NCBI RefSeq assembly: GCF_009914755.1
Contig: NC_060940.1
From: the human T2T-CHM13v2.0 reference genome, Homo sapiens
Direction: 5' to 3' (one strand)
Length of the DNA: 64,000 nucleotides
Positions 42,279 to 56,181 of this stretch are shown one piece after another (the stretch's first letter is position 1; the number at the start of each line of letters is the position of its first letter). The notes beneath the pieces are model-generated. The model was not told the origin of the DNA. It saw only the letters and a program-made list of their open reading frames with translations, and did no database searches. Made by a program: the position numbers and the translations under genes.

Positions 42279-45200
42279 GATGATTCCACTCGATTCCATT
42301 TGATGATTATTCCATTGGAGTCCACTTAGTGAATCCTTTAGATTCTACTGGAAGATGATTCCATTCGAGTCCATTCGATGATACCATTCAATTCCATTCG
42401 TTGATGCTTCCATTCAAGTGCATTCGATGATATCATTCGATTCCATTTGATGATAATTCCATTTGATTCCATGCGATGATTCTATTCGATTCCATTCAAT
42501 GATAATTCCATTCAATTCAGTGATTCCTCTGGACTCCATTTGATGATGATTCCATTCAATGATTCCATTCGATTCTATTCGAAAATGATTCCATTTGAAT
42601 CCATTTGATGATGATTCCATTGGATTCCATTTGATGATTCCATTCGATTCCATTCGATGATGATTCCATTCGATTCCTTTTGATGAATCCATTCTATTGT
42701 ATTCGATGATGATTCCATTCGATTCCATTCGATGATGATTGGATTCGATTCCATTTGATGATTTCATTTGATTCCATTCGATAATGATTTCGATCAATTC
42801 CATTCGATGATTCCATTCGATTCCATTCGATAATGATTACATCCGAGTCCATTCGATGATTCCATTTGAGCCCGTTCGATAATTCCATTTGAGTCCAATC
42901 AATGATTCCATTCATTTCCATTCAATGATTCCATTCGAGTCCATTTGATCATTCCGGTAGGGTCCGTTCGATGTTGATTCCATTGGAGTGCATTCGATGA
43001 TTCCATTCGAGTCCATTTTATGATTTGATTCGAGTCCTTTCGATGATTCCATTCGATTCCACTCGATGATTTCATTCGAGTCCATTCGACACTTCCAATC
43101 GATTCCATTTGATGTTTCCATTCGATTCCAATTGATGATTCCATTCAATTCCATTCGATGATGATTCCGTACGATTCCATTCTGTGATGATTCCATGTGA
43201 TTGCATTCAATGATGATTCCTTTCGATTGCATTCGATTATGATTCATTTCGTGTTCATTCTATGGTTCCACAGGTTTCCATTCGATGATGTTTCCTTTCG
43301 TGTCCATTCCATTATTCCATTCTATTCCATTTGAAGATGATTCCATTCGATTCCATTCATTGGTGATTCCACTCAATTTCATTCAATGATTCCATTCCTT
43401 TTCTTTCAACAATGATTCCATTAGTTTCTATTCGATGATCCACTTGATTCCATTTGACGATGATTCCATTCGTGTCCATTCGATGATTCCATTTGATTCC
43501 ATATGATGATGATTCCATTCGATTCCATACGATGATGATTCCATTCGAGTCCATTCAATGGTGATTCCATTCAATTCCATTCGATGATTCCTTTCGATTC
43601 CATTCAATGATGATGGCATTCGATTCCTTTCGATCATTCCCTTTGATTCCATTCAAAGGTGATTTCATTCAAGTCCATTCGATAATTGCATTCGATTCCA
43701 TTCTATGATGATTCCATTCGAGTCCATTTGATGATTCCATTCAATTCAAGTCAATGATGATTCCATTCGATTCCACTCGATGATTCCATTGGATTCCATT
43801 CGATGATGATTCCATTCAAATCCATTCGATAATTCAATTCAAGTCCATTCGATGATGATTCCAATCGAATCCATTCAAAGATTCCACTCCATTCCATTCG
43901 ATGATGATTCCCTTAGATTCCATTCGATGATTCCACTTGATTCCATTTACGATGATTCCATTCGATTCCATGTGATGATTCCATTCAATTCTATTTAATG
44001 ATGTTTCCACTTGATTCCATTCGTACATGATTGCCTTTGATTCCATTCAATGATTCCATACGGTTCCATTTGATGATGATTCCATTCGAGTGCATTAGAT
44101 GATTCCATTCGAGTCCATTCGATGATTCCATTCGATTCCATTCGATGTTGATTCTGTTCAAATCCATTCGATGATTCCACTCGATTCCATTCGATGACTC
44201 CATTTGATCCCATTCGATGATTTCCTTTGATTCCCTTTGATGATCATTCCATTTGATTCAATTCGGTGATTTCATTTGATTCCATTCAGTGATGATTCCA
44301 TTCAACTCCTTTCGATGATGATTCCATTCGAATCCATTCGATTATGATTTCATTCAATTCCATTCGATAATGATTCCCTTCAAGTCCATTCGATGATTCC
44401 ATTCGATTCCATTCAACGATGATTTGATTCGTGTCCATTCGATGATTCCATTTGATTCCATTTGATGATGATTCCATTCGAGTCCCTTTGATGATTCCAT
44501 TCAATTCCATTCTCCGATGATTTCTTTTGAGCCCATTCAATGCTTCCACTCGATTCCATATGATGATGACTCCATTTGATGAAATTCCATGATGATTCCA
44601 TTCGCTTGCATTCGATGATGATTCCACTTGAGTCCGTTAGAAGATTCTATTCAATTACATTCCATGACGATTCTGTTCGATTCCATTTGATGATTCCATT
44701 AGACTCCATTCGACGATGATTCCATTCGATGTTATTCGATGATGATTCCATTCAACTCCATTCGATGTTTCCATTCGAGTTCATTCTATTATTCCATTAG
44801 ATTCCATTCGATGATGATTCCATTCGATTCCATTTGATGATTGCATTCTATTTCATTTGATGATGATTCCATTCGAGTCCATTCGATGATTCCATTCGAG
44901 TCCATTTAATGAATCCATTGGTTTCAATTCTATGATGATTACATTGGATTCCATTCGTTGATGATTTCATTCGATTCCATTCAATGATGATTGCATTCAA
45001 TTCCATTCAATGATTCCATTCAATTCCATACGATGATGATTCCATTTGATTTGATTCGACAGTGAGCCATTCGATTCAATTCCATGATGATTCTATTTTA
45101 TTCAATTGGTTGACATTTCCATTCGATTCCATTCGATGATGATTCCATTTGATTCCATTCAAAGATGATTCCATTCTAGCCCATTCAATCATTCCATTCG

Positions 45201-48131
45201 ATTCTATTCAATGATGATTCCATTCATGTCGATTTGGTGATTCCATTTGACTTCATTTGATGATGATTCCTTTCAAGTTCATTAGATGATTCCATTCGAT
45301 TCCATTTGATGATGATCCCATTCGAGTCCATTCAGTGATTCCACTCGTTTCCATTCCATGATGATTCCATTCCATTCCATTCAATGATTCCATTCGATTC
45401 CGTTTGATGATGATTTCATTCGAGTCCATTTGATGATTCCATTTGATTCCATTCGATGATGATTACATTCGAGTCCATACGATGATTCCACTCAATTCCA
45501 TATGATGATGATTCCATTCGATTCCATTCGATGATTCCATTCTATTCTATTCAATGGTGATTCCATTCGAGTACATTAGATGATTCCATTCGATTCCATT
45601 CAATGATGATTCTATTTGTGTCCCTTAGATGGTTCCACATGATTCCATTTCATGATGATACTATTTGAGCCCATCCAATGATTCCCTTCGATTCCATTCG
45701 ATGAGGATTCCATTCGATTCAATTCATTGGTGATTCTATTCAATTCAATTCTTTGATTCCATTCCATTCCATTCGACAATGATTCCATTCGATTTCTTTC
45801 GATGATTCCACTCGATTCCACTTGACATTGATTCCATTCGATTCCATTCAATGATTCCGTTTGATTCCAGTGGATGATGATTGCCATCGATTCCATTCGA
45901 TCACTCCATTCTATTCCATTTGATGAGGATTACATTCGATTCCATTTGATGATTCCATCTGATTCTATTCGAGGATTCCATTTGATTCCATTCGATGATG
46001 ATTCCATTCGAGTGCATTCGATGATTTCATTCGAGTACATCCAATGATTCCATTCGAGTCCATTTGATTTTTCCATTTAATTCCATTTGATTATGATTCT
46101 ACTAGAGTCCATTCAATGACTCCATTCGAATCCATTCAACAATTCCATTCGAGGCCATTCGATGATTCCATTTCATGATTCTATTCGAGTCCATTTAATC
46201 ATTACAGTCGAGTCCATTTGGTGATTCCACTGGATTTCTTTTGATAATGATACCATTCAATTACATTTGATGATGATACCATTCAATTTCATTTGATGGT
46301 GATTCCATTAGAGTCCATTCGATGATTTCATTCGAGTCCCTTCATTGATTCCATCCGATTTCATTTGATGATGACTCCATTCGAGTCCATTCGATGATTC
46401 CACTCGATTCCATTAGATGATTCCATTGGAGTCCATTTGATTGTTCCATTCGATTCTATTCGATTCCTTTCGAAGATTATTCCATTTGAGTCCATTCGAT
46501 GATGATTCCATTCCATTCCATTCGATGATTCCGTTTGATTCCATTCGATGATTCCCTTCGATTCCTTTCTTTGATGATTCCATTCCATTCCATTCAATGA
46601 TTCCATTCGAATCTATTCCATGATGATTCCTTTCGATTCCATTCGCTGATGTTTCCGTTCAATTCCATTCGATGATGATTCCATTCGATTCCATTCATTG
46701 AGGATTCCATTTGATTCCATTCAATGATGATTCCATTCTATTCCATTCAATGATTGCATTCAATTCCATTCAATGATTATCCCCTTAGAGTAAACTCAAC
46801 GATTCCATTCAATACCATTCGATGATGATTCCTTTTGAGTCCATTCAATGATTTCATTCAAGTCCATTTGATGATTCCTTTCAATTCCATTCTATGATGA
46901 TTCCATTCGAGTCCATTCGATGATTCCATTCGATTGCATTCGATGATTCCATTATATTCCATTCAACGGTGATTCCATTCGAGTCCATTCCATGATTCCA
47001 TTAGAGTACATTTAATGATTGCTTTGTTTTCAATTCGAAGATGATTACATTGGATTCCATTCTATGATACCATTCGATTCCATTCAATGATGATTCCACT
47101 CAAATCCATTGGATGATTCCATTCGTGTCCATTCGGTGATTTCATTAGATTCCATTCGAGGATGATTCCATTCGATTCCATTCGATGATTCCATTCAATT
47201 CCATTCGATGATGATTCCATTCCAGTCCATATGATCATTCCATTTGATTTCATTCGATGATGATTCCATTCGAATCCATTCGATGATTCCATTCTATTCC
47301 ATTCGATGATGATTCCATTCGAGTCCATTCGATGATTCCATTCGAGTCCATTTAATGATTCCATTGGGTTCAATTCAATGATGATTACATTGGATTCCGT
47401 TCTATGATTCTATTCAATTCCGTTCATTGACAATTTGATTCCATTCGATGATGATTCCATTTGAGTTCATTCGATGATTCTATTTGATTCTCTTCGATGG
47501 TGATTCAATTCTATTATATTGGATGATTCCATTCGATTCCATTTGATGTTGATTCAATTCGATTCTATTCGATGATGATTCCATTGGATTTCACTTCATG
47601 ATTCTGTTCGATTCCATTCAATTATGATTCACTTCTCGTCCATTGGATGATTCCATTTCATTCCATTCGATGATGATTCCATTCGATTCCATTCGATGAT
47701 TCCATTTGATTCCATGCGTCGGTGAGCAATTCGATTCAATTCCATGATGATTCTATTTGATTCAATTAGATGATGTTTCCATTCGAATCCATTCCATGAT
47801 TATTCCATTGGAATCCATTCGGCGATGATTCCATATGAGTCAATTCAATGATGATTCCATATGGGTCCGTTCGATGATAATTCCATTTGATTTCATTCGG
47901 TGCTTCTATTCAATTCCAGTCGATGATGATTCCGTTGGAGTCCATACGATGATTCCATTTGATTTCATTTGATGATGATTCCATTCGATGATGATTACAT
48001 TGGATTCCATTCTATGATTCCATTCAATTCCATTCGTTGATGATTCGATTCCATTCAATGATGATTCCATTTGAGTTCATTCGATGATTCTATTCGATTC
48101 CGTTCGATGGTGATTCAATTCTCTTATATTG
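42279..48131 (+). repeat. Variant unit of 5,853 bp (3-, 72-, 23-, 170- and 10-bp deletions)
   Basis: Marker 42414->48267 = 5853 = 6112+16+3-3-72-23-170-10. Deletions visible at ~43070, ~44080, ~44740, ~45460 and ~46170. Confidence 0.85.
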
Positions 48132-51100
48132 GATGAATCCACTCGATTCCATTTGATGATTATTCCATTGGAGTCCACTTAGTGAATCCTTCAGATTCTA
48201 CTCGAAGATGATTCCATTCAAGTCCATTCGATGATACCATTCAATTCCATTCGTTGATGCTTCCATTCAAGTGCATTCGATGATATCATTCGATTCCATT
48301 TGATGATAATTCCATTTCATTCCATGCGATGATTCTATTCGATTCCATTCAATGATAATTCCATTCAGTTCAGTGATTCCTCTGGACTCCATTTGATGAT
48401 GATTCCATTCAATGATTCCATTCGATTCTATTCGAAAATGATTCCATTTGAATCCATTTGATGATGATTCCATTAGATTCCATTTGATGATTCCATTCGA
48501 TTCCATGCGACGATGATTCCATTCGATTCCATTTGATGATTCCATTCTATTCTATTCGATGATGATTCCATTCGATTCCATTCGATGATGATTGGATTTG
48601 ATTCCATTTGATGATTTCATTTGATTCCATTCGTTAATGATTTCGATCAATTCCATTCGATGATTCCATTCGATTCCATTCGATAATGATTACATCCGTG
48701 TCCATTCAATGATTTCATTTGAGCCTGTTCGATAATTCCATTGGAGTCCAACCAATGATTCCATTCATTTCCATTCAATGATTCCATTCGAGTCCATTTG
48801 ATCATTCCGGTAGGGTCCATTCGATGTTGATTCCATTGGAGTGCATTCGATGATTCCATTCGAGTCCATTTTAGGATTTGATTCGAGTCCTTTCGATGAT
48901 TCCATTCGATTCCACTCGATGATGATTTCATTCGAGTCCATTCGACACTTCCAATCGATTCCATTTGATGTTTCCATTCGAGTCCAATTGATGATTCCAT
49001 TCAATTCCATTCGATGATGATTCCGTACGATTCCATTCTGTGATGATTCCATGTGATTGCATTCAATGATGATTCCTTTAGATTGCATTCGATTGTGATT
49101 CATTTCGTCTTCATTCTATGGTTCCACAGGTTTCCATTCGTGTCCATTCCATTATTCCATTCTATTCCATTTGATGATGATTCCATTCGATTCCATTCAT
49201 TGGTGATTCCACTCAATTCCATTCAATGATTCCATTCCATTTCTTTCAACAATGATTCCATTAGTTTCTAATCGATGATCCACTTGATTCCATTTGACGA
49301 CGATTCTATTCTTGTCCATTCGATGATTCCATTTGATTCCATATCATGTTGATTCCATTCGATTCCATACGATGATGATTCCGTTCGAGTCCATTCCATG
49401 GTGATTCCATTCAATTCCATTCGATGATTCCTTTCGATTCCATTCGATGATGATGGCATTCGATTCCTTTCAATCATTCCCTTTGATTCCATTCAAAGGT
49501 GATTTCATTCAAGTCCATTCGATAATTGCATTCGATTCCATTCTATGATGATTCCATTCGAGTCCATTTGATGATTCCATTCAATTCAAGTCAATGATGA
49601 TTCCATTCGATTCCATTCGATGATTCCATTCAATTCCATTCGATGATGATTCCATTCAAATCCATTCGATAATTCAATTCAAGTCCATTCGATGATGATT
49701 AAAATCGAATCCATTCAAAGATTCCATTCAGTTCCATTCGATGATTCCCTTAGATTCCATTCGATGATTCCACTTGATTCCATTTACGATGATTCCATTC
49801 GATTCCATGTGATGATTCCATTCAATTCTATTCAATGCTGTTTCCATTTGATTCCATTCGACCATGATTGCCTTTGATTCCATTCAATGACTCCATTCGG
49901 TTCCTTTTGATGATGATTCCGTTCGATTCCATTTCATTATTCCATTTGATTCCATTGGATGAGTCCATTCGATTACATTTGATGATTATTCCATTCGAGT
50001 GCATTAGATGATTCCATTCGAGTCCATTCGATGATTCCATTCGATTCCATTCGATGTTGATTCTGTTCAAATCCATTCGATGATTCCACTCGATTCCATT
50101 CGATGACTCCAGTTGATCCCATTCGATGATTTCCTTTGATTCCCTTTGATGATCATTCCATTTGATTCAATTCGGTGATTTCATTTGATTCCATTCAGTG
50201 ATGTTTCCATTCGACTCCATTCGATGATGATTCCATTCGACTCCATTCGATTATGATTTCATTCAATTCCATTCGATAATGATTCCCTTCGAGTCCATTC
50301 GATGATTCCATTCGATTCCATTCAACAATGATTTGATTCGTGTCCATTCGATGATTCCATTTGATTCCACTTGATGATGATTCCATTCGAGTCCATTTGA
50401 TGATTCCATTCAATTCCATTCTCCGATGATTTCTTTTGAGCCCATTCAATGCTTCCACTCGATTCCATATGATGATGACTCCATTCGATGAAATTCGATG
50501 ATGATTCCATTCGCTTGCATTCGATGATGATTCCACTTGAGTCCATTAGAAGATTCTATTCAATGTTATTCGATGATTCCATTCGATCTCATTCGATGAT
50601 GATTCCATTCAACTCCATTCGATGTTTCCATTCGAGTTCATTCTATTATTCCATTAGATTCCATTCGATGATGATTCCATTCGATTCCATTTGATGATTG
50701 CATTCTATTTCATTTGATGATGATTCCATTCGAGTCCACTCGATGATTCCATTCGAGTCCATTTAATGAATCCATTGGTTTCAATTCTATGATGATTACA
50801 TTGGATTCCATTCGTTGATGATTTCATTCGGTTCCATTCAATGATGATTCCATTCAATTCCTTTCAATGTTTCCATTCAATTCCATACGATGATGATTCC
50901 ATTTGATTTGATTCGACAGTGAGCCATTCGATTCAATTCCATGATGATTCTATTTGATTCCATTGGTTGACATATCCATTCGATTCCATTCGATGATGAT
51001 TCCCTTTGATTCCATTCAAAGATGATTCCATTCTAGCCCATTCAATCATTCCATTCGATTCTATTCAATGATGATTCCATTCATGTCGATTTGGTGATTC

Positions 51101-54100
51101 CATTTGACTTCATTTGATGATGATTCCTTTCAAGTTCATTAGATGATTCCATTCGATTCCATTTGATGATGATCCCATTCGAGTCCATTCAGTGATTCCA
51201 CTCGTTTCCATTCCATGATGATTCCATTCCATTCCATTCAATGATTCCATTCGATTCCGTTTGATGATGATTTCATTCGAGTCCATTTGATGATTCCATT
51301 TGATTCCATTCGATGATGATTCCATTCGAGTCCATTCGATGATTGTATTCGAATCCATTTGATGATTTCTTTTCATTATAGTTGGTGATGATTCCATTGG
51401 AGTCCATTCAATGATTCCATTCGATTCCAATCGATGGTGATTCCATTAGAGTCCATTTAATGATTCCATTTGATTCCAGTCTCTGATGATTACATTCGAG
51501 TCCATACAATGATTCCACTCAATTCCATATGATGATGATTCCATTCGATTCCATTCGATGATTCCATTCTATTCTATTCAATGGTGATTCCATTCAAATC
51601 CATTCGATAATTCAATTCAAGTCCATTCGATGATGATTAAAATCGAATCCATTCAAAGATTCCATTCAGTTCCATTCGATGATTCCCTTAGATTCCATTC
51701 GATGATTCCACTTGATTCCATTTACGATGATTCCATTCGATTCCATGTGATGATTTCATTCAATTCTATTCAATGCTGTTTCCATTTGATTCCATTCGAC
51801 CATGATTGCCTTTGATTCCATTCAATGACTCCATTCGGTTCCTTTTGATGATGATTCCGTTCGATTCCATTTGATGATTCCATTTGATTCCATTGGATGA
51901 GTCCATTCGATTACATTCGATGATTATTCCATTCGAGTGCATTAGATGATTCCATTCGAGTCCATTCGATGATTCCATTCGATTCCATTCGATGTTGATT
52001 CTGTTCAAATCCATTCGATGATTCCACTCGATTCCATTCGGTGACTCCAGTTGATCCCATTCGATGATTTCCTTTGATTCCCTTTGATGATCATTCCATT
52101 TGATTCAATTCGGTGATTTCATTTGATTCCATTCAGTGATGATTCCATTCGACTCCATTCGATGATGATTCCATTCGACTCCATTCGATTATGATTTCAT
52201 TCAATTCCATTCGATAATGATTCCCTTCGAGTCCATTCGATGATTCCATTCGATTCCATTCAACAATGATTTGATTCGTGTCCATTCAATGATTCCATTT
52301 GATTCCACTTGATGATGATTCCATTCGAGTCCATTTGATGATTCCATTCAATTCCATTCTCCGATGATATCTTTTGAGCCCATTCAATGCTTCCACTCGA
52401 TTCCATATGATGATGACTCCATTCGATGAAATTCGATGATGATTCCATTCGCTTGCATTCGATGATGATTCCACTTGTGTCCATTAGAAGATTCTATTCA
52501 ATTACATTCCATGACGATTCCGTTCGAGTCCATTTGATGATTCCATTAGACTCCATTCGACGATGATTCCATTCGATGTTATTCGATGATTCCATTCGAT
52601 CTCATTCGATGATGATTCCATTCAACTCCATTCGATGTTTCCATTCGAGTTCATTCTATTATTCCATTAGATTCCATTCGATGATGATTCCATTCGATTC
52701 CATTTGATGATTGCATTCTATTTCATTTGATGATGATTCCATTCGAGTCCACTCGATGATTCCATTCGAGTCCATTTAATGAATCCATTGGTTTCAATTC
52801 TATGATGATTACATTGGATTACATTCGTTGATGACTTCATTCGGTTCCATTCAATGATGATTCCATTCAATTCCTTTCAATGTTTCCATTCAATTCCATA
52901 CGATGATGATTCCATTTGATTTGATTCGACAGTGAGCCATTCGATTCAATTCCATGATGATTCTATTTGATTCAATTGGTTGACATTTCCATTCGATTCC
53001 ATTCGATGATGATTCCCTTTGATTCCATTCAAAGATGATTCCATTCTAGCCCATTCAATCATTCCATTCGATTCTATTCAATGATGATTCCATTCATGTC
53101 GATTTGGTGATTCCATTTGACTTCATTTGATGATGATTCCTTTCAAGTTCATTAGATGATTCCATTCGATTCCATTTGATGATGATCCCATTCGAGTCCA
53201 TTCAGTGATTCCACTCGTTTCCATTCCATGATGATTCCATTCCATTCCATTCAATGATTCCATTCGATTGCGTTTGATGATGATTTCATTCGAGTCCATT
53301 TGATGATTCCATTTGATTCCATTCGATGATGATTCCATTCGAGTCCATTCGATGATTCTATTCGAATCCATTTGATGATTTCTTTTGATTATAGTTGGTG
53401 ATGATTCCATTGGAGTCCATTCAATGATTCCATTCGATTCCAATCGATGGTGATTCCATTAGAGTCCATTTAACGATTCCATTTGATTCCAGTCTCTGAT
53501 GATTACATTCGAGTCCATACGATGATTCCACTCAATTCCATATGATGATGATTCCATTCGATTCCATTCGATGATTCCATTCTATTCTATTCAATGGTGA
53601 TTCCATTCGAGTACATTAGATGATTCCATTCGATTCCATTCAATGATGATTCTATTTGTGTCCCTTAGATGATTCCACATGATTCCATTAGATGATGATA
53701 CTATTTCAGCCCATCCAATGATTCCCTTCGATTCCATTCGATGAGGATTCCATTCGATTCAATTCATTGGTGATTCTATTCAATTCAATTCTTTGATTCC
53801 ATTCCATTCCATTCGACAATGATTCCATTCGATTTCTTTCGATGATTCCACTCGATTCCACTTGACATTGATTCCCTTCGATTCCATTCAATGATTCCAT
53901 TTGATTCCAGTGGATGATGATTGCCATCGATTCCATTCGATCACTCCATTCTATTCCATTTGATGATGATTACATTCGATTCCATTTGATGATTCCATCT
54001 GATTCTATTCGAGGATTCCATTTGATTCCATTCGATGATGATTCCATTCGAGTCCATTCGATGATTTCATTCGAGTACATCCAATGATTCCATTCGAGTC

Positions 54101-56181
54101 CATTTGATGATTCCATTTGATTCCATTTGATAATGATTCTACTAGAGTCCATTCAATGACTCCATTCGAGTCCATTCAACAATTCCATTCGACTCCATTT
54201 GATGATTCCATTCGATTCCATTTGATGATTCCATTCGAGTCCATTTAATCATTACAGTCGAGTCCATTTGGTGATTCCACCGGATTTCTTTTGATAATGA
54301 TACCATTCAATTACATTTGATGATGATCCCATTCAATTTCATTTGATGGTGATTCCATTAGAGTCCATTCGATGATTTCATTCGAGTCCCTTCATTGATT
54401 CCATCCGATTTCATTGGATGATGACTCCATTCGAGTCCATTCGATGATTCCACTCGATTCCATTAGATGATTCCATTGGAGTCCATTTGATTGTTCCATT
54501 CGATTCCATTCGATTCCTTTCGAAGATTATTCCATTTGAGTCCATTCGATGATGATTCCATTCCATTCCATTCGATGATTCCGTTTGATTCCATTCGATG
54601 ATTCCCTTCGATTCCTTTCTTTGATGATTCCATTCCATTCCATTCAATGATTCCATTCGAATCTATTCCATGATGATTCCTTTCGATTCCATTCGCTGAT
54701 GTTTCCGTTCAATTCCATTCGATGATGATTCCATTCGATTCCATTCATTGAGGATTCCATTTGATTCCATTCAATGATGATTCCGTTCTATTCCATTCAA
54801 TGATTGCATTCAATTCCATTCAATGATTATCCCCTTAGAGTAAACTCAACGATTCCATTCAATACCATTCGATGATGATTCCTTTTGAGTCCATTCAATG
54901 ATTTCATTCAAGTCCATTTGATGATTCCTTTCAATTCCATTCTATGATGATTCCATTCGAGTCCATTCGATGATTCTATTCGATTGCATTCGATGATTCC
55001 ATTATATTCCAGTCAACGATGATTCCATTCGAGTCCATTCGATGATTCCATTAGAGTACATTTAATGATTGCTTTGTTTTCAATTCGAAGATGATTACAT
55101 TGGATTCCATTCTATGATACCATTCGATTCCATTCAATGATGATTCCACTAAAATCCATTGGATGATTCCATTCGTGTCCATTCGGTGATTTCATTAGAT
55201 TCCATTCGAGGATGATTCCATTCGATTCCATTCGATGATTCCATTCAATTCCATTCAATGATGATTCCATTCCAGTCCATATGATCATTCCATTTGATTT
55301 CATTCGATGATGATTCCATTCGATTCCATTCGATGATTCCATTCTATTCCATTCGATGATGATTCCATTCGAGTCCATTCGATGATTCCATTCGAGTCCA
55401 TTTAATGATTCCATTGGGTTCAATTCAATGATGATTACATTGGATTCCGTTCTATGATTCCATTCAATTCCGTTCATTGACAATTTGATTCCATTCGATG
55501 ATGATTCCATTTGAGTTCATTCGATGATTCTATTCGATTCTCTTCGATGGTGATTCAATTCTATTATATTGGATGATTCCATTCGATTCCATTTGATGTT
55601 GATTCAATTCGATTCTATTCGATGATGATTCCATTGGATTTCACTTGATGATTCTATTCGATTCCATTCAATGATGATTCACTTCTCGTCCATTGGATGA
55701 TTCCATTTCATTCCATTCGATGATGATTCCATTCGATTCCATTCGATGATTCCATTTGATTCCATGCGACGGTGAGCAATTCGATTCAATTCCATGATGA
55801 TTCTATTTGATTCAATTAGATGATGTTTCCATTCGAATCCATTCCATGATTATTCCATTGGAATCCATTTGGCGATGATTCCATATGAGTCAATTCAATG
55901 ATGATTCCATATGGGTCCGTTCGATGATAATTCCATTTGATTTCATTCGATGCTTCTATTCTATTCCAGTCGATGATGATTCCGTTGGAGTCCATACGAT
56001 GATTCCATTTGATTTCATTTGATGATGATTCCATTCGATGATGATTACATTGGATTCCATTCTATGATTCCATTCAATTCCATTCGTTGATGATTCGATT
56101 CCATTCAATGATGATTCCATTTGAGTTCATTCGATGATTCTATTCGATTCCGTTCGATGGTGATTCAATTCTATTATATTG
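48132..56181 (+). repeat. Expanded unit of 8,050 bp containing an internal tandem duplication
   Basis: Marker 48267->56317 = 8050 = 6112+1938. Confidence 0.87.
49658..53608 (+). repeat. Tandem duplication of unit pos. 2388-4400 (copy 1 49658-51595, 1,938 bp with a 75-bp deletion; copy 2 51596-53608, 2,013 bp)
   Basis: Junction ATGGTGATTCCATTC|AAATCCATTCGATAATT at 51595/51596. ORF offsets are 1938 (49692/51630) before the deletion at 50564/50565 and 2013 (51110/53123) after it. Confidence 0.88.
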
